From the NCBI RefSeq assembly GCF_018977255.1, contig NW_024705327.1, forward strand, positions 1-54,296: a DNA stretch of 54,296 nt, read 5' to 3'. The stretch is from Callorhinchus milii (Eukaryota). Both the position numbers and the translations under genes were made by a program. Positions 1-13,600 of this stretch are shown one piece after another; position 1 is the first letter of the stretch, and the number at the start of each line of letters is the position of its first letter. The notes under the pieces are model-generated. The model was given only the letters and a program-made list of their open reading frames with translations. It did no database searches and was not told the DNA's origin.

Positions 1-35
1 AGAATACTATGGGACCTCATTTGCCAGTAAAAATA

Positions 36-106
36 TGATAATTGGTTCTTTACCCTTCTATCTGGCAGTTTTGTTGCCAGATAGAAGGGTAAAGAACCAA
101 TTATCA
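36..106. repeat. Perfect 32-bp inverted repeat (hairpin) with 7-nt loop
   Basis: TGATAATTGGTTCTTTACCCTTCTATCTGGCA (36-67), loop GTTTTGT, reverse complement at 75-106. Confidence 0.95.
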
Positions 107-210
107 GACCCAAGAATACGAAAGTTTTAAGTCAGAAATAACTGACTCATTATGACAACAGTCTTCAGGGCGTTTAAAGTCATATATCCACGTTGGAGCA
201 AATTTTATTT

Positions 211-274
211 GCACCTCCGATTAGAACGGTTGGCTACGTACGGTGTGAAATAAGTTCAACATTCATCCATCCAT
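211..274 (+). repeat. Dispersed ~55-65-nt motif, probable LINE/SINE 3' end with a CATA/CATC-type tail (copy 1 of 8)
   Basis: GCACCTCCGATTAG(C/A)ACGGTTGGCTACGTACGGTG(C/T)GAAA.AAGTTCAACAT. Related copies at ~19833-19890(-), 21606-21654, 26497-26540, 27841-27890, 41826-41896, 48937-48987(-) and 49211-49277. Confidence 0.75.
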
Positions 275-364
275 GGGACAATAGAAAAATAATGCAAATA
301 AAGTACAGCAATGAATTCAAATATAAATCGGCTCAAAAAACAACTGCGTCACGTGAGAAATCAC

Positions 365-566
365 CTGGGGGTTCACGTCCAGGATGCACATCTTGCCGGC
401 GCGCACCACGCCGTGGATCGACTCGATCTTGTGCCATACAGGTTTCCCTCGTACTCGCCGCTTTCAAGGTAGCAGCCAGATTTAATGTCCACCTCCATGT
501 CAGCCCTCGCCACGAAGTGGTAGCCCTGGCCGTCCTTCTCGTCGTCCCGTGGCCGCCTCGAGGTAA
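365..566 (-). CDS. MPP6: MPP2/MPP6-like exon (guanylate kinase-like domain): (F)TSRRPRDDEKDGQGYHFVARADMEVDIKSGCYLESGEYEGNLYGT-KIESIHGVVRAGKMCILDVNPQ; apparent 1-nt deletion at 430/431
   Basis: AG acceptor at 568-567 and GT donor at 364-363. GK motifs TSR.PR..E.DG..Y.FV, GEYEGNLYGT and CILDVNPQ are present; the 202 nt are one short of a continuous frame. Confidence 0.9.
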
Positions 567-870
567 CTGCGGGCCGGGGGTGCGGACGGGAGCCCCCAGG
601 CGAGGGTGTTCGGCGTAGTCAGACGATGCGCCATTTTTTAGGACAAACTAATCGTCGCACATCTCGGAAATCTTCACACCCCACGCCTGCTCACGATTGT
701 CTCGCGTTATTTACAGAGTGTGTTCCAAACATTGACCTCCAATGTGTAATTACTCGTGCTCAGTAAATCTTTGAGGATTTAATTTTGTTAACTGGGTCAC
801 GATCAATACTCTCTGAGTATTCCAATTTACAAATACAATTTTATTTAAATTTTATTTTATTATTTCCATT

Positions 871-936
871 CTACGTGACTTTACCGAAAGAACCAAGAAG
901 ATGAATCCCTGCAGTCACGAAAGCTTTAAATCGAAA
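871..936 (+). mobile_element. Penelope-like element pLTR 3' end plus tail (short fragment)
   Basis: CTACGTGACTTTACCGAAAGAACCAAGAAG-ATGAATCCCTGCAGTCACGAAAGCTTTAAATCG is near-identical to the end of the RT/GIY-YIG-bearing element at 30820-32730. Confidence 0.85.
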
Positions 937-1611
937 AATAAAATCTACTTAATATTTACGTAGGACGATAGCTGATTGTCTGCAAAAGTGTACTTTAGGG
1001 ATATAATTGCTTATAATGCTACAAATAATGATGTGTATGTTCTAAATCTGCATTTATTAAAAGCCAAAATATTTTGCTGAAATTAGAGTACATTTGTTAT
1101 GTTACATAATCTTGGTTATGTAAGTAAATGATTGAGGTTATTTGAACTGTATGGCGGACCCCAGGGTCCCTTAAGCCCCCGGCTCTCGCATAAACATTAT
1201 ATTATAATGTCAACAAAAACTTTGCTCTTTATCACCAATGGCTTTGAAGGATGGTGGCAAGTGTTGTTAAACTATAAACTATGCGCTTTAAAACTACTTA
1301 CCTGCAGTACCTCTATTTAAATACACTATCGAAAAAATTATCTACACCCCTCTGTCAATCATCGTGTTTCTCAGTGTGGATTTGTGAACGCACTTTGTAA
1401 ACAGTACATAAAATAGTACGCCTTTTCAATGCGCTGTTCATATTGTAACAAGCGTTTATACCAATGTTACTCTACAGAGTAGTGGGTCGCCGCTCCTCTT
1501 ATCCGCATTGATACGAGCGGTATGTGGGGACTATGGCTTAACCGCAAAAAAACCTATCTGCACAGATCCATACGGACAAGATAAGTATTATCAAACAGGA
1601 GGAATTAACGG

Positions 1612-1641
1612 NNNNNNNNNNNNNNNNNNNNNNNNNNNNNN
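1612..1641. other. Assembly gap (30 N)
   Basis: Run of 30 N. Confidence 0.99.
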
Positions 1642-4600
1642 CCTAAACGGTTAGGAGAGTTGGGGCACATGTTTATAATCCTCTACGATGCATGATACTC
1701 ACCACACACCTTCAGCGTCAAACAACCCTCTCAGTCCATGACTAATACCTAATGTGACCATTGACCGCTACATCTAGTAGTAATCTCCAGCTAACTTGTT
1801 CAGTGCGAACATACGTGGGCGGCAAAGAGGGGACCTGGTCTATTGCATAGCAATAATCAATAGCGCAGATTTATTGACGTGAGTTTTGGTAAGTTATTTG
1901 AGCACCATATGTTACAATAATCCATTCAACTTGCATGAACTAGTCCCCCTGTTACAGCTCTGGGTGTATACGAATCGTGAGAGCTATGAGCATCTATATC
2001 GACCGGAGATTTACCCACTACTGGCTTGGGATCAATAGGTAAACGTTTTTGCTCCGAGGCCATCCATCTGCGAGACATATCTGTTCGCGCGAAGAGACGG
2101 TACTGAACTTCAGTGGCCAGAGCGCATCTATTTGGCATGTTATCTTGGGATGTAGCTACTGTTCGTCCAGTTCTACGGTACGTCAGATGCGGGACCACGC
2201 TTCAGTTTTGAACCGGGCGGACCCCTCATATCAGCTTTTCCTTCTGACACCCAACATACTGCCCTGTATAAAAGACGACAAGTTGCGAGGTACTATTGAA
2301 AGCTTCGAGCGTAGCTTAGGAGCACTCACGTAGTGGGCATGATATATCGGGCTTTTAAAGGCGTCCCACTTAAATATTGCGAGTCACGGCCCCAGACTTT
2401 ACGGCTGTTATATTTCGCGCTATGGAATGTCGGGTAGCGGAATCTTTTTGGTTTACTTATCCCGGCAACCAGCGTCCCCTGGAAAGTGGAAGTGATCATG
2501 CATTGCCGTGGTGTGCGTAGTAACTGCTCCTACTTCAGACTACGACCACACGCATACCCATCGCCGCCGCAGGGAGAAAATGCTGAATGGATTAGTTCAC
2601 ACCTTCTCTGATGGCAAAGCACACGGGAATAAGTCCATTCGGGGCCGATGGGTCCACCTACTACGACTCTCAGGGCGCGGTTAGCCTCTACAGCGTCATC
2701 ACTTTAGGGGTAGTGTCGGCTAAAGTCCTTCGCATACAATGAATTAGGAGCCGCAAGTACCCGGCACCACACCCTTGACGGGTACCCGGCTCAAACCCCA
2801 CTTTGAGACAGCGCAAACCTGCCGATGTGCTGGGCCACCCGGACCTAGGACAATGACATAGATAATCTATTGCCGCGTCATTCACATTACATCTTTTCAT
2901 TGAAGCGAACCAGGCCGAGGGTACACCACTGGCCGCTGGACGTCCACCGCAAGGACTCGGCCACCTTTCGAAGGCGTCATCTGTACTAGCTCCATGTAGT
3001 CCTAGGAAAGCTTCAAAACGGTATGTGTGAGGGAGGGTTTCTGAATCATCTTATCCACTACCAGATCCCGCTTCATATAATCCCTTAAGAAATCTTCATT
3101 AATAGCCTGAAGTGTTCTTTATAACATGGTACACGTTGCCGTAGACCGGGAGCCCCATTTGGCAATTGTAGTATAGGTCCACTGCTAATACCACATAAGT
3201 ATATTGTACCAGTACAAGGGCCTGATCATTGCGTTATTTATTGCGGGTTCATAAAGCTATCAGTTATATAAGCCTGTGGATATGGATAGAACAACTACGT
3301 TAGTTTGGACCCATTGGCCCTTCGAAGCTGATTACAGCACTAGTCTTCTCGTTCAATAGGTTCGACACACATTTGGTCATTTTGATCTTTTGGTAGGACA
3401 GTCGCGTTATCGAAAGGGCATGGAAGTAACCTGTAGACTTGCACAAACGACGATCATTAAACCTTAATCCCCCAATGTCGTCATACAAGAAGCCATCCCG
3501 ATTTAAAATCGAGTCCGATGAAGGCAACTTTTGGGCGAGGCTTCTTAGTATGAGAGTAAGGTGCACAGTTCTCTAGTGCATGGGTGCTCCGAGCTACGCG
3601 GCGTCTAAATAGCCAACCTATGTCCTACATAACCGCACGAAGTTTAAGCTATGAACCGCAGAGCAATCTTCCTAGGTTAGAGTCGGACAAAAAAAAACTC
3701 AGTATTGTTGAGCTAATATCCCTGGCATGGGAGACTAGGGATGCAGTTCGGCGCTGAGTGGGGGCCATCTTAAATTAGATTCCGCGTGAGATCATAAGTC
3801 ACTAGCCAGTGAGATTAGAAAGAAATTTTGTAAATTGCGTGAACCTGGCATATTATTGTCGGACACACCACATTAAAAGAACAATTAGTGCCCACTGACA
3901 TCACAGCGTTTATTCACTTACCCATGGGTGCATTGAAATAAACCGTGGTGACAAGCTCAGTCACGCCCCATGAACAAAATCTGAATCTAATGTGGTTAAG
4001 GCGGATATGAGTTCAGCTGCCGAAGGAACAGACTATCACTTATAATACATATTCCACGGTTTGTCGTCTCGTCTTCGCCGCTGATCCGGAAACCGGGGGC
4101 CGATCGTTGGCATTTGGGGAGCGTCCTCGCCGTCAAGAAATAAGTAATAGCAGTAGTGCGCGGCAGCCTAGGTACAAAATATAATGGTGTCCTAGCCGTG
4201 ATCATCCTGACCTCACCGCGCAAGATTTGTCCCGCTATCGAGAGAGCATATACATTTTGGATGAGACCTACACCTGAACATGTCGGGGAGCCATAACGAC
4301 TGGTGACAGGCACACATTGTGTGTCACTTTGCGGGAAAGGCTTCTTGAAGGCGAACCGGCACCGACATCGGTCCGCATTCTGGGGGCCAGTGAGCCAGCA
4401 GCTTATTAATTGTAGTCGACTCAAGTAAGTGGACCCACGTGCCGGAGCCACGCCCGATAAGCGTGCAGAGGCCCGTAAGCTAGGGATGCCAATATTTCGC
4501 TACGTTTTAAATGCTAGGTCCACCCTCTTACGCCTTTGCGTGACATCAATACTGCCAGGCTTCGATTTTACGCCGATACAGTGCGACAGTTACCTCTCCG

Positions 4601-7600
4601 GCATTAGTCGGAGAACACTTTCATATGCACGAACCGGCCGTGTTGCTTCTTACTTCTAGGCCATTTTCTCAGTAACATTGTCAGGATTTGCTAGTAGCCG
4701 CTCAATTGAAAGATCTCTACCCTAGCGTAGTATCTTGCACATTGTTGACGTGTCTATCCGTGTTTATTGAGTTAGTCATAGTAACGTACCAATGCCAGTC
4801 TAGAATTATAGTCACGAATGAGCTATACCTAAAAGAACGATTATTTGCTGCGATCTCAGTTCGCGAGTTACCACTCCATGGACCCAACCGTGCTACGAAA
4901 TGGGTAATGGCGGACAGCGAGCAGGGAATCGGACCCAACATCGTGTGCGTGTGTCCCCATACGCCCTTAGGCGCAAACAAGCCATTTAGGTGGATAGGTG
5001 TATGTTTGCCCTCGTACGCGGTTTCACCGCGCCATAAGAAGCCACGAATGGGAAATAGAGAGCGGGCTTTGCCGATGAAAGCCGCGTCCTGGCTACTAAG
5101 GCTAGGTGGAGCCTCCAGGCTGACTGTCGCTGTAATCTATGCTCCCACCTATCAATGTGACTAGTCGAAGGTTTGCCGGTGATTGGGAGCACGGTTCGTC
5201 TGTCGATGGAGCGGTGACAGTTGCAGGATAGCCTCCACCTAGGTCCGTCTACGCAATTATCTGTCCGAGCAACAATGTCCACGGACTCCCGGGCGCTCTG
5301 AGATCATTGTTATATTTCCTCCTTTGATATCTGTTGTTATACATTTGCTGATGTCAATACGCTACGCACACACGCGGTCTTGGAACCTTAAAGGCGCTTA
5401 ACACTGATTGCTAGGTCTAATAAGCAGTCAAAACTTTTGGGCTTTTACGGCCGTAACGTTCTGATCAAGTTTTGAAGTCGTGTTTTGCGACTTACAAAAG
5501 CTGAGGGCATTGATCCAATTGGAGCAACTTCTCCGTAACCTACAACCTGTCGCGAACCAGGGCGAACATTTGGCTTATATGGGAACGCAGAAGATCAGTC
5601 TTCACCGTTTTCCTTGCGTGGGAATGCCTCAAGTGAGAAGCGTCGAATCGCCGCTTTGGGAAACACCGAATGTCGGATTATGTGTGACTCTCGCAGTTGA
5701 ACGTAAGCGGTTTGTGTATAGGTCGATGTGGCTGGACTCACAACTCAATTCGACTATACATCGTCCACGTGATTATCAGGCACACCGATAGGGCATAGCT
5801 CAGTGTGACGGAAACATAATTCTGCGCCACTGCCATAATTAAAAGCCGTGGTATTCGGAAGTTCCTCCACTACCTGTAGCATCTCTCTCCTAGACACAAC
5901 TTATGTCGGTGGAGAGGGGCCAGCATTTCGACAGTTACGCCGTCTGCGACTCATCTCGTCTAGGATCTTAATGCGCTACCCTCAACCGCTTATGTGCGCG
6001 TGTGATGGCATCAACTGCGTGTCTATCTGATCGGACCAGAACGCTACACAACTCTGCTCCAGTCTGAAGCTGAGGGGGGCCTCATGAACGTTATACTGAT
6101 TCCATGGGCCTAGACTGCCGTCACTAAGCTCGGCCCTGTTGTCGCCTCTGCAAGCCCTGGGGCGCATAATACCCGTTACCTGAGAGCGACCAGCTATTAC
6201 CGCCGATGGCGATTGCGGATCCGTAGGGAGCTATATACATCTAAGTGGGCTTGTGCACCAAACTCCAAACATGTGTTAGGGTGGACTTAAAAGGAATGTC
6301 ACACCTCAATGACTGATATTTCCACTCACCTACGTAAAGGGATCTATATGCGGGTGGTTCAGAACTACCCAACCTCAAGCATACAGTAGTTTGAGCTGGT
6401 GACTGCGGTAATAGTGGTTAAGAAAGTTCGGGAATCTGTAAAGCCTGGATTGACAGTACAAAAGCAGGCGCAGCAGTACGTTCCTACGAGGGTATCTTTC
6501 CATCCGACCTCCCTGGATTTAAATCGAACATAGCCGGAAATTTTTGGTCCTCAGTGACTCACTCTCATTATGTGATCGACGTCAGTGCGTCCTCCCTATA
6601 CAGGTGGACTACTGTGGATGAACCCCTACGCTGCTTAAAGCTGGTGGCTTTGGTAAGTCGTGGAAGTGAGTACCGTGATGTACCCGTTAGTGACCTACTC
6701 AAGACGTTGGGTGGTGTGCCATCCTACGGTACCGAATCACACGTTCAGCCGACCTGCTGTGTAGTGTACAATCCGACCCTCGTGCACCTGTGCCCAGTAT
6801 AAAAGCGACCCCGTGGTCAAACGTGGAAATAAAGATCGGGTCGCCACTATTGAAATTGAATGCTAAGAGGCCAATTATCTAAACATGTCAGACACAGTCG
6901 AGGAATCGTTTATGGGTACGGCAAGGCGGTTCCAAAGGTCTTGCTTTCTCTTCCGAACATAGAGTGGGGGTAGAATCGACTGAATCGAGATTAGCTTACC
7001 CATTCCCGGTGTTCCATCATGTCCGTGCATCGTTCAGACGCTCGCGAGGCCAACGCGCATGGAACCTCATGGAGGGTTCGGTATCATCTGTCTTTAGCCA
7101 TAGCGGCTCTACATTCCACGCGCAATCATTTGAGTACACGGGCCTAGAACATAAGCTTACTAGGACCTCCCCGCTCCACCATAGCAGCCTACTCTCCGCG
7201 GTCTACCTAGGCTAAGGGCCCAGCGGCGACCACTCCATGTATAGGCTCCACTGAAGCGATTCTCAAATTTGACGAATGGCACGTGTCTCGAGACTCCCCA
7301 TAGATACAGGAAATAGGTACTCAGGAATTTAAGTGTCCTTAATTAACGAGCATGCCTGGGGCCTAACATGAGATCTTGCAATGATCAGTCTCTAGGAGGT
7401 GGAGCGTCATGGCTTGCGTGCCCGCGGTTGTCAGACGAGCTGTTGTCCCTCACGCTTTGTCGAGCCAACCAGTGAATGCGATCGTATGACTCACAAAGCG
7501 AGTAGGTTGCTCGGTCAGAAACTTTGATGAGTACTCCCAAGTTTACCCGTTAAACCAGTGTCAGTTGTCGGGGAGAATCCGGAAGACATTTCACTATCAA

Positions 7601-10600
7601 GGCTGATGTATTAGGAATGCACGCGACTTCAGGTCTCACAATTCGATGGTATTACCCAGAGCTACCGCACACTGGCTCAAATACATCTCTTATAATCGTG
7701 CCCAGCGATATTCCGTGACCGCATTTCGATTGAGGTGAGCGGCAGGGTACAAGATTGAATCACCCATTCGGTTGGTCGCTAACCACAGAGACTAGACGAA
7801 CTATATCAGAGCTACTACAAGGGTCATAGTCCCGTGGTTTACAACATGAGACGAACTTATATTGGATTCACATAACGTATAGCGTTTCGTAGGCGCGCAA
7901 GTCTCACCGTATTAGTTAACGGTAGGCTGCGGTGGCTCGATGGCGGGCTCTCTTAAGCTTACAAGATATATCGATGCAAGATTATGTTGTTCTATCGGCA
8001 ATGGCTTGCATGAATCTCAGAGTAACTATTGTATTTAATAAATCTGATGACGTCCTCCGTAACCAAACCAGCGATCTCAATAACAATCCCGCGCTACCGA
8101 TCAACCAAACATACAGATGACTTCACTTGTGCAAGTTGCGCGAGTGGCTGAACACTGATCATTGGGCAGCGATTAGTCCATGCGCGTACTCTTAGACTGG
8201 AAGCTGAATATAGAAGTCCTTTAGTCAATGTAGTGATTCCAGAGAAGGTATGACGAATACCGTTATGCCGCCAGTCGACCAGAGAATATCGGCCTACTTA
8301 ATTATGTACAACGCGGGGCACCTGTCACCTATGAGGGTAAACAGGAACACTTAATGGGGTATATTCTGGACGACACCGAGGGACGTGAGACCGGGGAGTT
8401 TTTAACAGCGACGAACGTGGTATGTCCCTCCATCTAAGGCTTTGCACTAGGCGCCGAGTAACAGCTGAAGCGGGTCACCAGGGTCTTGACGACTAGGCCA
8501 GGTAACTGGATAATAATTGGGATTTCTACCCTCTCCAGTAAAGTCCCGGCGCGCAATACACCCTCGTCCTGGACGTTATGTCTCGTGTGCCGGTGACAAC
8601 GTCTTCCCCCTGGGAAAGGGACCTCAGGACCTATGATCCCGGTGTGCTGCGGTTTCAGGTAGCCCATGAAAACAGAAGTCTGGCACCACCCGTGGTACTA
8701 CAGACGGTAGATCATATTTTTGAAGTAATGTCGACAGGATTAACCGTCGTACCCGAGTTAATCATGTGCCGTACACTATGCACGGGTCACAGTATAAAAT
8801 CACCTGATGAACAGAATCGCAGTGTGCTACCAATGTGCTACTCCTTGATCCCGGGCTCCTTCTGATGACAGTCCTTAACCTACATAGATTTAACCTACCG
8901 CGGCAGTCCTTAGAAGCCAGATTAGGGTGTTATAAGCCGGTACAGCAGTAGAAGGGTTGCCCCCCGAAATTGGTATCTGGACCATCCTAACCGTTTACAT
9001 ATAGCGCCTGCAAGGCGTGGGCGAGATCGCATTACTCCTAGCGATCGTTAACGTTGTCGCGCATGGAGCGGGTAACAGATGCTTGATCGGTGAAGACGGG
9101 ATTAACAAGGTTCCTCACCGGTGGTACGACCAAAATGCGCGCCAGCCCATACGTCCAATGGCAAGGAAGTGAATCATCTAGTGAGAGGCACACTAGCGTG
9201 AGTAGCTGGAGGAACAGCTGTAATTGGTAGTAGTCACGGCAGCCCAGGTGCCCATGTTTTCTGTTATCCTGGGATCTTGTGGTGCTAAGAAACTCCGCTC
9301 CGCCTGAACAATGGTTACGGGTTGGTGCACACGTGCTGAGAACCAAATAGGCCGCTAGCCTGGCGTGACTGGACACGCATCATCCGGCAGCGACTGCGCC
9401 CGGGGCAATGTCATGGAGTGCCCGCCGTCCAAGGGTTGCCCCACAAACCTGGGTCCGGAAATAGAATGTCTAGATCCGCCAGCCTCCTGGTGACGTGGTG
9501 TCCAGGTCTGTAGGGTAGCTGCTTTACTCCTCTAGTACCATCGGGGTCAGCCTACTCAACAAGCCTCGCTAAGCTGGAGGTGCCAGGGTTCGATGTGCAT
9601 ACTGCGTATTGGGAATCTCATTGGGAACGGTTGGCACCCGCATCTATTTTGGGAAGACAGGGCCTACAACACACATAGTATATGTCGGTGTGCCACATGG
9701 CCGCGGCCGATAAAAAAATAGTATCTCAGGATTAGGGGTAGCTCCGCAGGCGGGATACCTACGCTTTAAATGACCGGAGATGGCTCCTACACACACTCAA
9801 CGCGCTTAGTCTCTCAGCAATTGCACTGGAGAACCTACGTCTCATAACCAAGTCGGCTGTAACGCCCCGTTGCAATCTATGTTTGAGTGTCATGTGGACC
9901 ACCAGTGGAGGGAGGAGTGTAGCAAGGGGGCACGAGAACCTATATAAGTGAATTTAATGAGAGTTTGGCTGCTTGGGAACAATTGCGTGATGACAGCTTT
10001 GAGTGCGATAAGACGCCTGGCGTCAACGCCGGATAGAGACCTATATCAGTCGGCTCTGCTATCCTTACCGATCCTCGGACATATATCTGCTAGCTCGAGG
10101 CAGACGTCTGCTACGAGACGAATATCCCTCAGACCGCCTACTTGTATACATGGCATACACTGCATCTCGTGCCGTGCTGCGTCATATGTCTCAATAGGGC
10201 CCTTATTGAAGGGCGCAGACCACCTCCGCCAGTACCCTCTCCTGCAACCAGTGCAAGTTTTAATGCGCAGTTCCGAAGGTCAGAAATATCAGTGGGAAGC
10301 GTGGGACCCTTGCAGTACCGGAAACGTTTGGCCACATGGCGCTTGACTGACCCGGAGTATCTGGACCCGGGAACGTAATCAAGCGCGCGTAATGCATCCA
10401 TGTGTCCTATGTTGACGTCTACTTATGTCGCAACTGAGAGGATAGTATATGTGGCGTTAAGCTCCTAGATCGCAGAACGTTCTGATCCCTGCCCACTTAG
10501 GTGACCTTGCCTCTCAGAGTTGCTATGTTTTCAGATGTGGCCTGATTGCCGTTAATTAGTGTATGTCGTGCGGAGAGATATGCGGGCAACTCTCTGTTGG

Positions 10601-13600
10601 ACTGCTCACAATGGCACCTTGTTGAAAACGTTGGGCATCTCCACCAGTGAACCGTGATGTATGACCAGATATGATCTCTGGTTATAATGCGGGAGCGCGC
10701 GCAGGGAGGCAGCAGCCGTGACCCCTAACATTAGTGTCTTAGCGCACTCAGCGTAGACCACTGAGCGAGACCTAAAGCCCGGCGGTAGCTGTATGCTATT
10801 GACCGCTAGGCTCCGGCCGGCGCTGTAAATCATGCTACGATTTAAAACACAATGCAAGGGTGGTTATCTTTACAAGATTTAGTAATCTATAGGTAGTGAC
10901 TCTCATAATCCAGTAGAACCTAGGGAAATGTGGCCGGCTTACTACAATTGAAGAATGTATTGGTAGATGCCGCAGAAGGCCCTTCCGTGTCATAATTGGG
11001 ATGTAGCGCTGGACAAGCGCGCCGATTAGCCAATAATAAATATTGTTGGTTTGCCAGTACGTTCCAGTTAGGTTGAGTAAGCCCCATGTCTCTAATTTTT
11101 CATGAACCGAAGATTGCGAAGCGGCTATATTACAGATCTCTGTAGCGGCAAGCTTGCTAGATGAGGCAGGTACGTAGCCGGAGTCGACATTCCAGATCGG
11201 TTGGATATCACCAGATATAAGGACTCAAGATAGAGTCCCTTTATATTTATCGTGGTTCGTAGAGACCTTATCGGGATAGAAAAAACACAGGTACCCTTAC
11301 ATTGTTGCGATGTAACGCATCGCGATGGAGACATGCCAAGACCTTTTCATCTATGGAAGCATATGCAAAAAAGCTTATTGACTTATGCGTTAGGTATTCC
11401 GGGCATTTGGAATACTCGCAGATCTTTTCTAACCCCGATCCACAGGTTGTTGAGCCACTAACGTGCCGAGACGAGGAGGAAGGGGGTCAAGTGCACGCGA
11501 GGCAAGTAGCCATCGGACTTATAGGAACTCTGGTGGGCTACGCTCAGCTAGGCCTATGAAGTCGTTAGCGCCCCCGTCCAAATGCTCATAAGCCGTTCAG
11601 AGCAATTAGGCCAAGGCCAAGGCTCTAAGCGTTATACTTCAAGGATCGAGCTACGTCAGCGCACCGTACGGTGATGACTGCTAAACGCAGGAACGTTATC
11701 AACGGGAGGTACCGACAGTCCATATAAAATGAGGGGAACCGCCCTAACAAACAATGCGAGTAAAAGAACTAGTGCACTATAGCCCTATCATACCCTCAAA
11801 ATCCTGTGGGTATACCTCCCGACCACATCGTGCTAGCGGGCAGGGGGATTACTTAACGGATGGAGATTCGTGGACGAAACTTGAGGACGTCTCAAGAACG
11901 GTCGGAATGGCGTCCTGCTCCCTGAGACTATGTGTTGGCCGATGCAGAGCATATAGTCCCCTTTAAGTAACCCGGCTCAAATGAAATAGTCCTCCAACGA
12001 TTATTGAAGGAGATTGGTAAATCCGGTATATGTCTCAAGAGTCTTTGCTAAAAAATACAGCATTATTTAAGCACTTGCTCGTTTGCAAGGGTCAAATCCA
12101 GGAGTAAATGCAAGAATCAACTCACACAATCTGTCAGCACATCAGCAGCGAGGGCACACCTCCACCAGACTAGAATTTTAATACGGCTTGAATTTGGATG
12201 AAACGCAAGATAACGCCATCGGGAGTACTTATATTGTCGATAGCTGTGATGTGTACTTCCTTGAATAGCGCGAAATTCCTTTAAGAAGAAGGAGTGCTAA
12301 GATGAGTTTCTCTAACTCCGTCCCGACATCGTATCCGTTCCCGCATCGTAAATCCCGTTACAATTCTACTTCGCGCGGCCATAAGTCATCTGTTAGGTAA
12401 GACCAATAAAGGGGATCTTGCTCGCGATCCATCCTCCCTCTTGCGAATTTTACGTTGTTGTTTGGGTACTGGTGGTCATACGCCACACAAGTCGATTTAA
12501 GAGCGCTGTATGCTGCAAGACCAAGCAGGGACTGTCAAAATCTGTGTTCTCCGATATCAGGGGGGATAAGCGCTATCTAATGTCTTAAATCTTCCCTCTT
12601 TCAATTTGACTATTGACCCTGTATACATTTAATTTAATTACCTGTCACTGCCCGTCTTCGACCTGCGGATTTTTGTGAGTGCCCCCCAAGTGACTTTCAT
12701 ATAACTACGACCTCTTTAAGCGGGGGGAAGTCTAGACGAATTTAAGCGGCGACTGAGTCGAAGGCCTATGTCATGCAACGACATCCGGATAGAGTTACGG
12801 AGATTTGGACTCTTCGGAGACATCCGGTTCAATGTACCAGAACAAACAGCTACATCGTATCGGGAGCCGGGGAGTCTTACTATGAACTAGTCAATAACTG
12901 AATGCCAGATGAATCCCAGTTGTCGCCATGTTGATAGGCGGCATTTACGATGCGAACGCTAAGACTCCCCCGACTTAAAGAGATTTGTGCGGAATGGCCA
13001 TGGGAGGGTCTCATGGTGTCCCATCATCACCTTTCCTCAATCGGACGCTAGTCGAATCTCAATTCTCTCTCTGGGGACTTATTACCTGAAGTTGCCAAGC
13101 TGAGAGCAATATCGACTAAGGTGAAGACGACGTGCCCACAAACTTGCCAACTTCGAAGAACGCGTCCGTTCTAAGCACCAGAGGTAGAGCTCAACCGGAA
13201 TAAGGCATATGCTAAGGCTGTAGCTTACCCCTTATTTGGTTACATTTCGTATGGCAACATCCCGCCGGGCGACCCCAGTACTAGAGTCAGCTAGGTCCAT
13301 CAAGGACCTACGAGGACCGATTTAGTTCTTTTATCATGACTCGGATCATTACTTATTTGGCGCCTTCGTTATAGCAATATCTTTGAATTCGCGTGTCTAG
13401 GCGGCCCGAAGTTGGGCTATGGCCCGTACGGTGTCACGCCGGTATCCGTGTGAACATTACGCGTTTGGTATAAAAATCGGGTAACTCGCCAGGTTTCTAG
13501 ATAGGGGCTCAATTCTCCCCCCGGTCGAGGGTCTGCAGGGCGTTGTCATATGCATGTAGGCTGAGGCGTGTACGATTCGGCTCAATGGCAGGTTACTTAT

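Noticed and set aside
193..618. 141-aa plus-strand ORF
   Set aside because: Antisense shadow of the GK exon plus a repeat motif; the coding signal is on the minus strand.
1478..1500. AGTAGT as a possible Polinton/Maverick terminus for the 14-kb block
   Set aside because: No matching inverted terminus or 6-bp TSD near 15.5-16 kb, and no polB, integrase or capsid motifs in any ORF.
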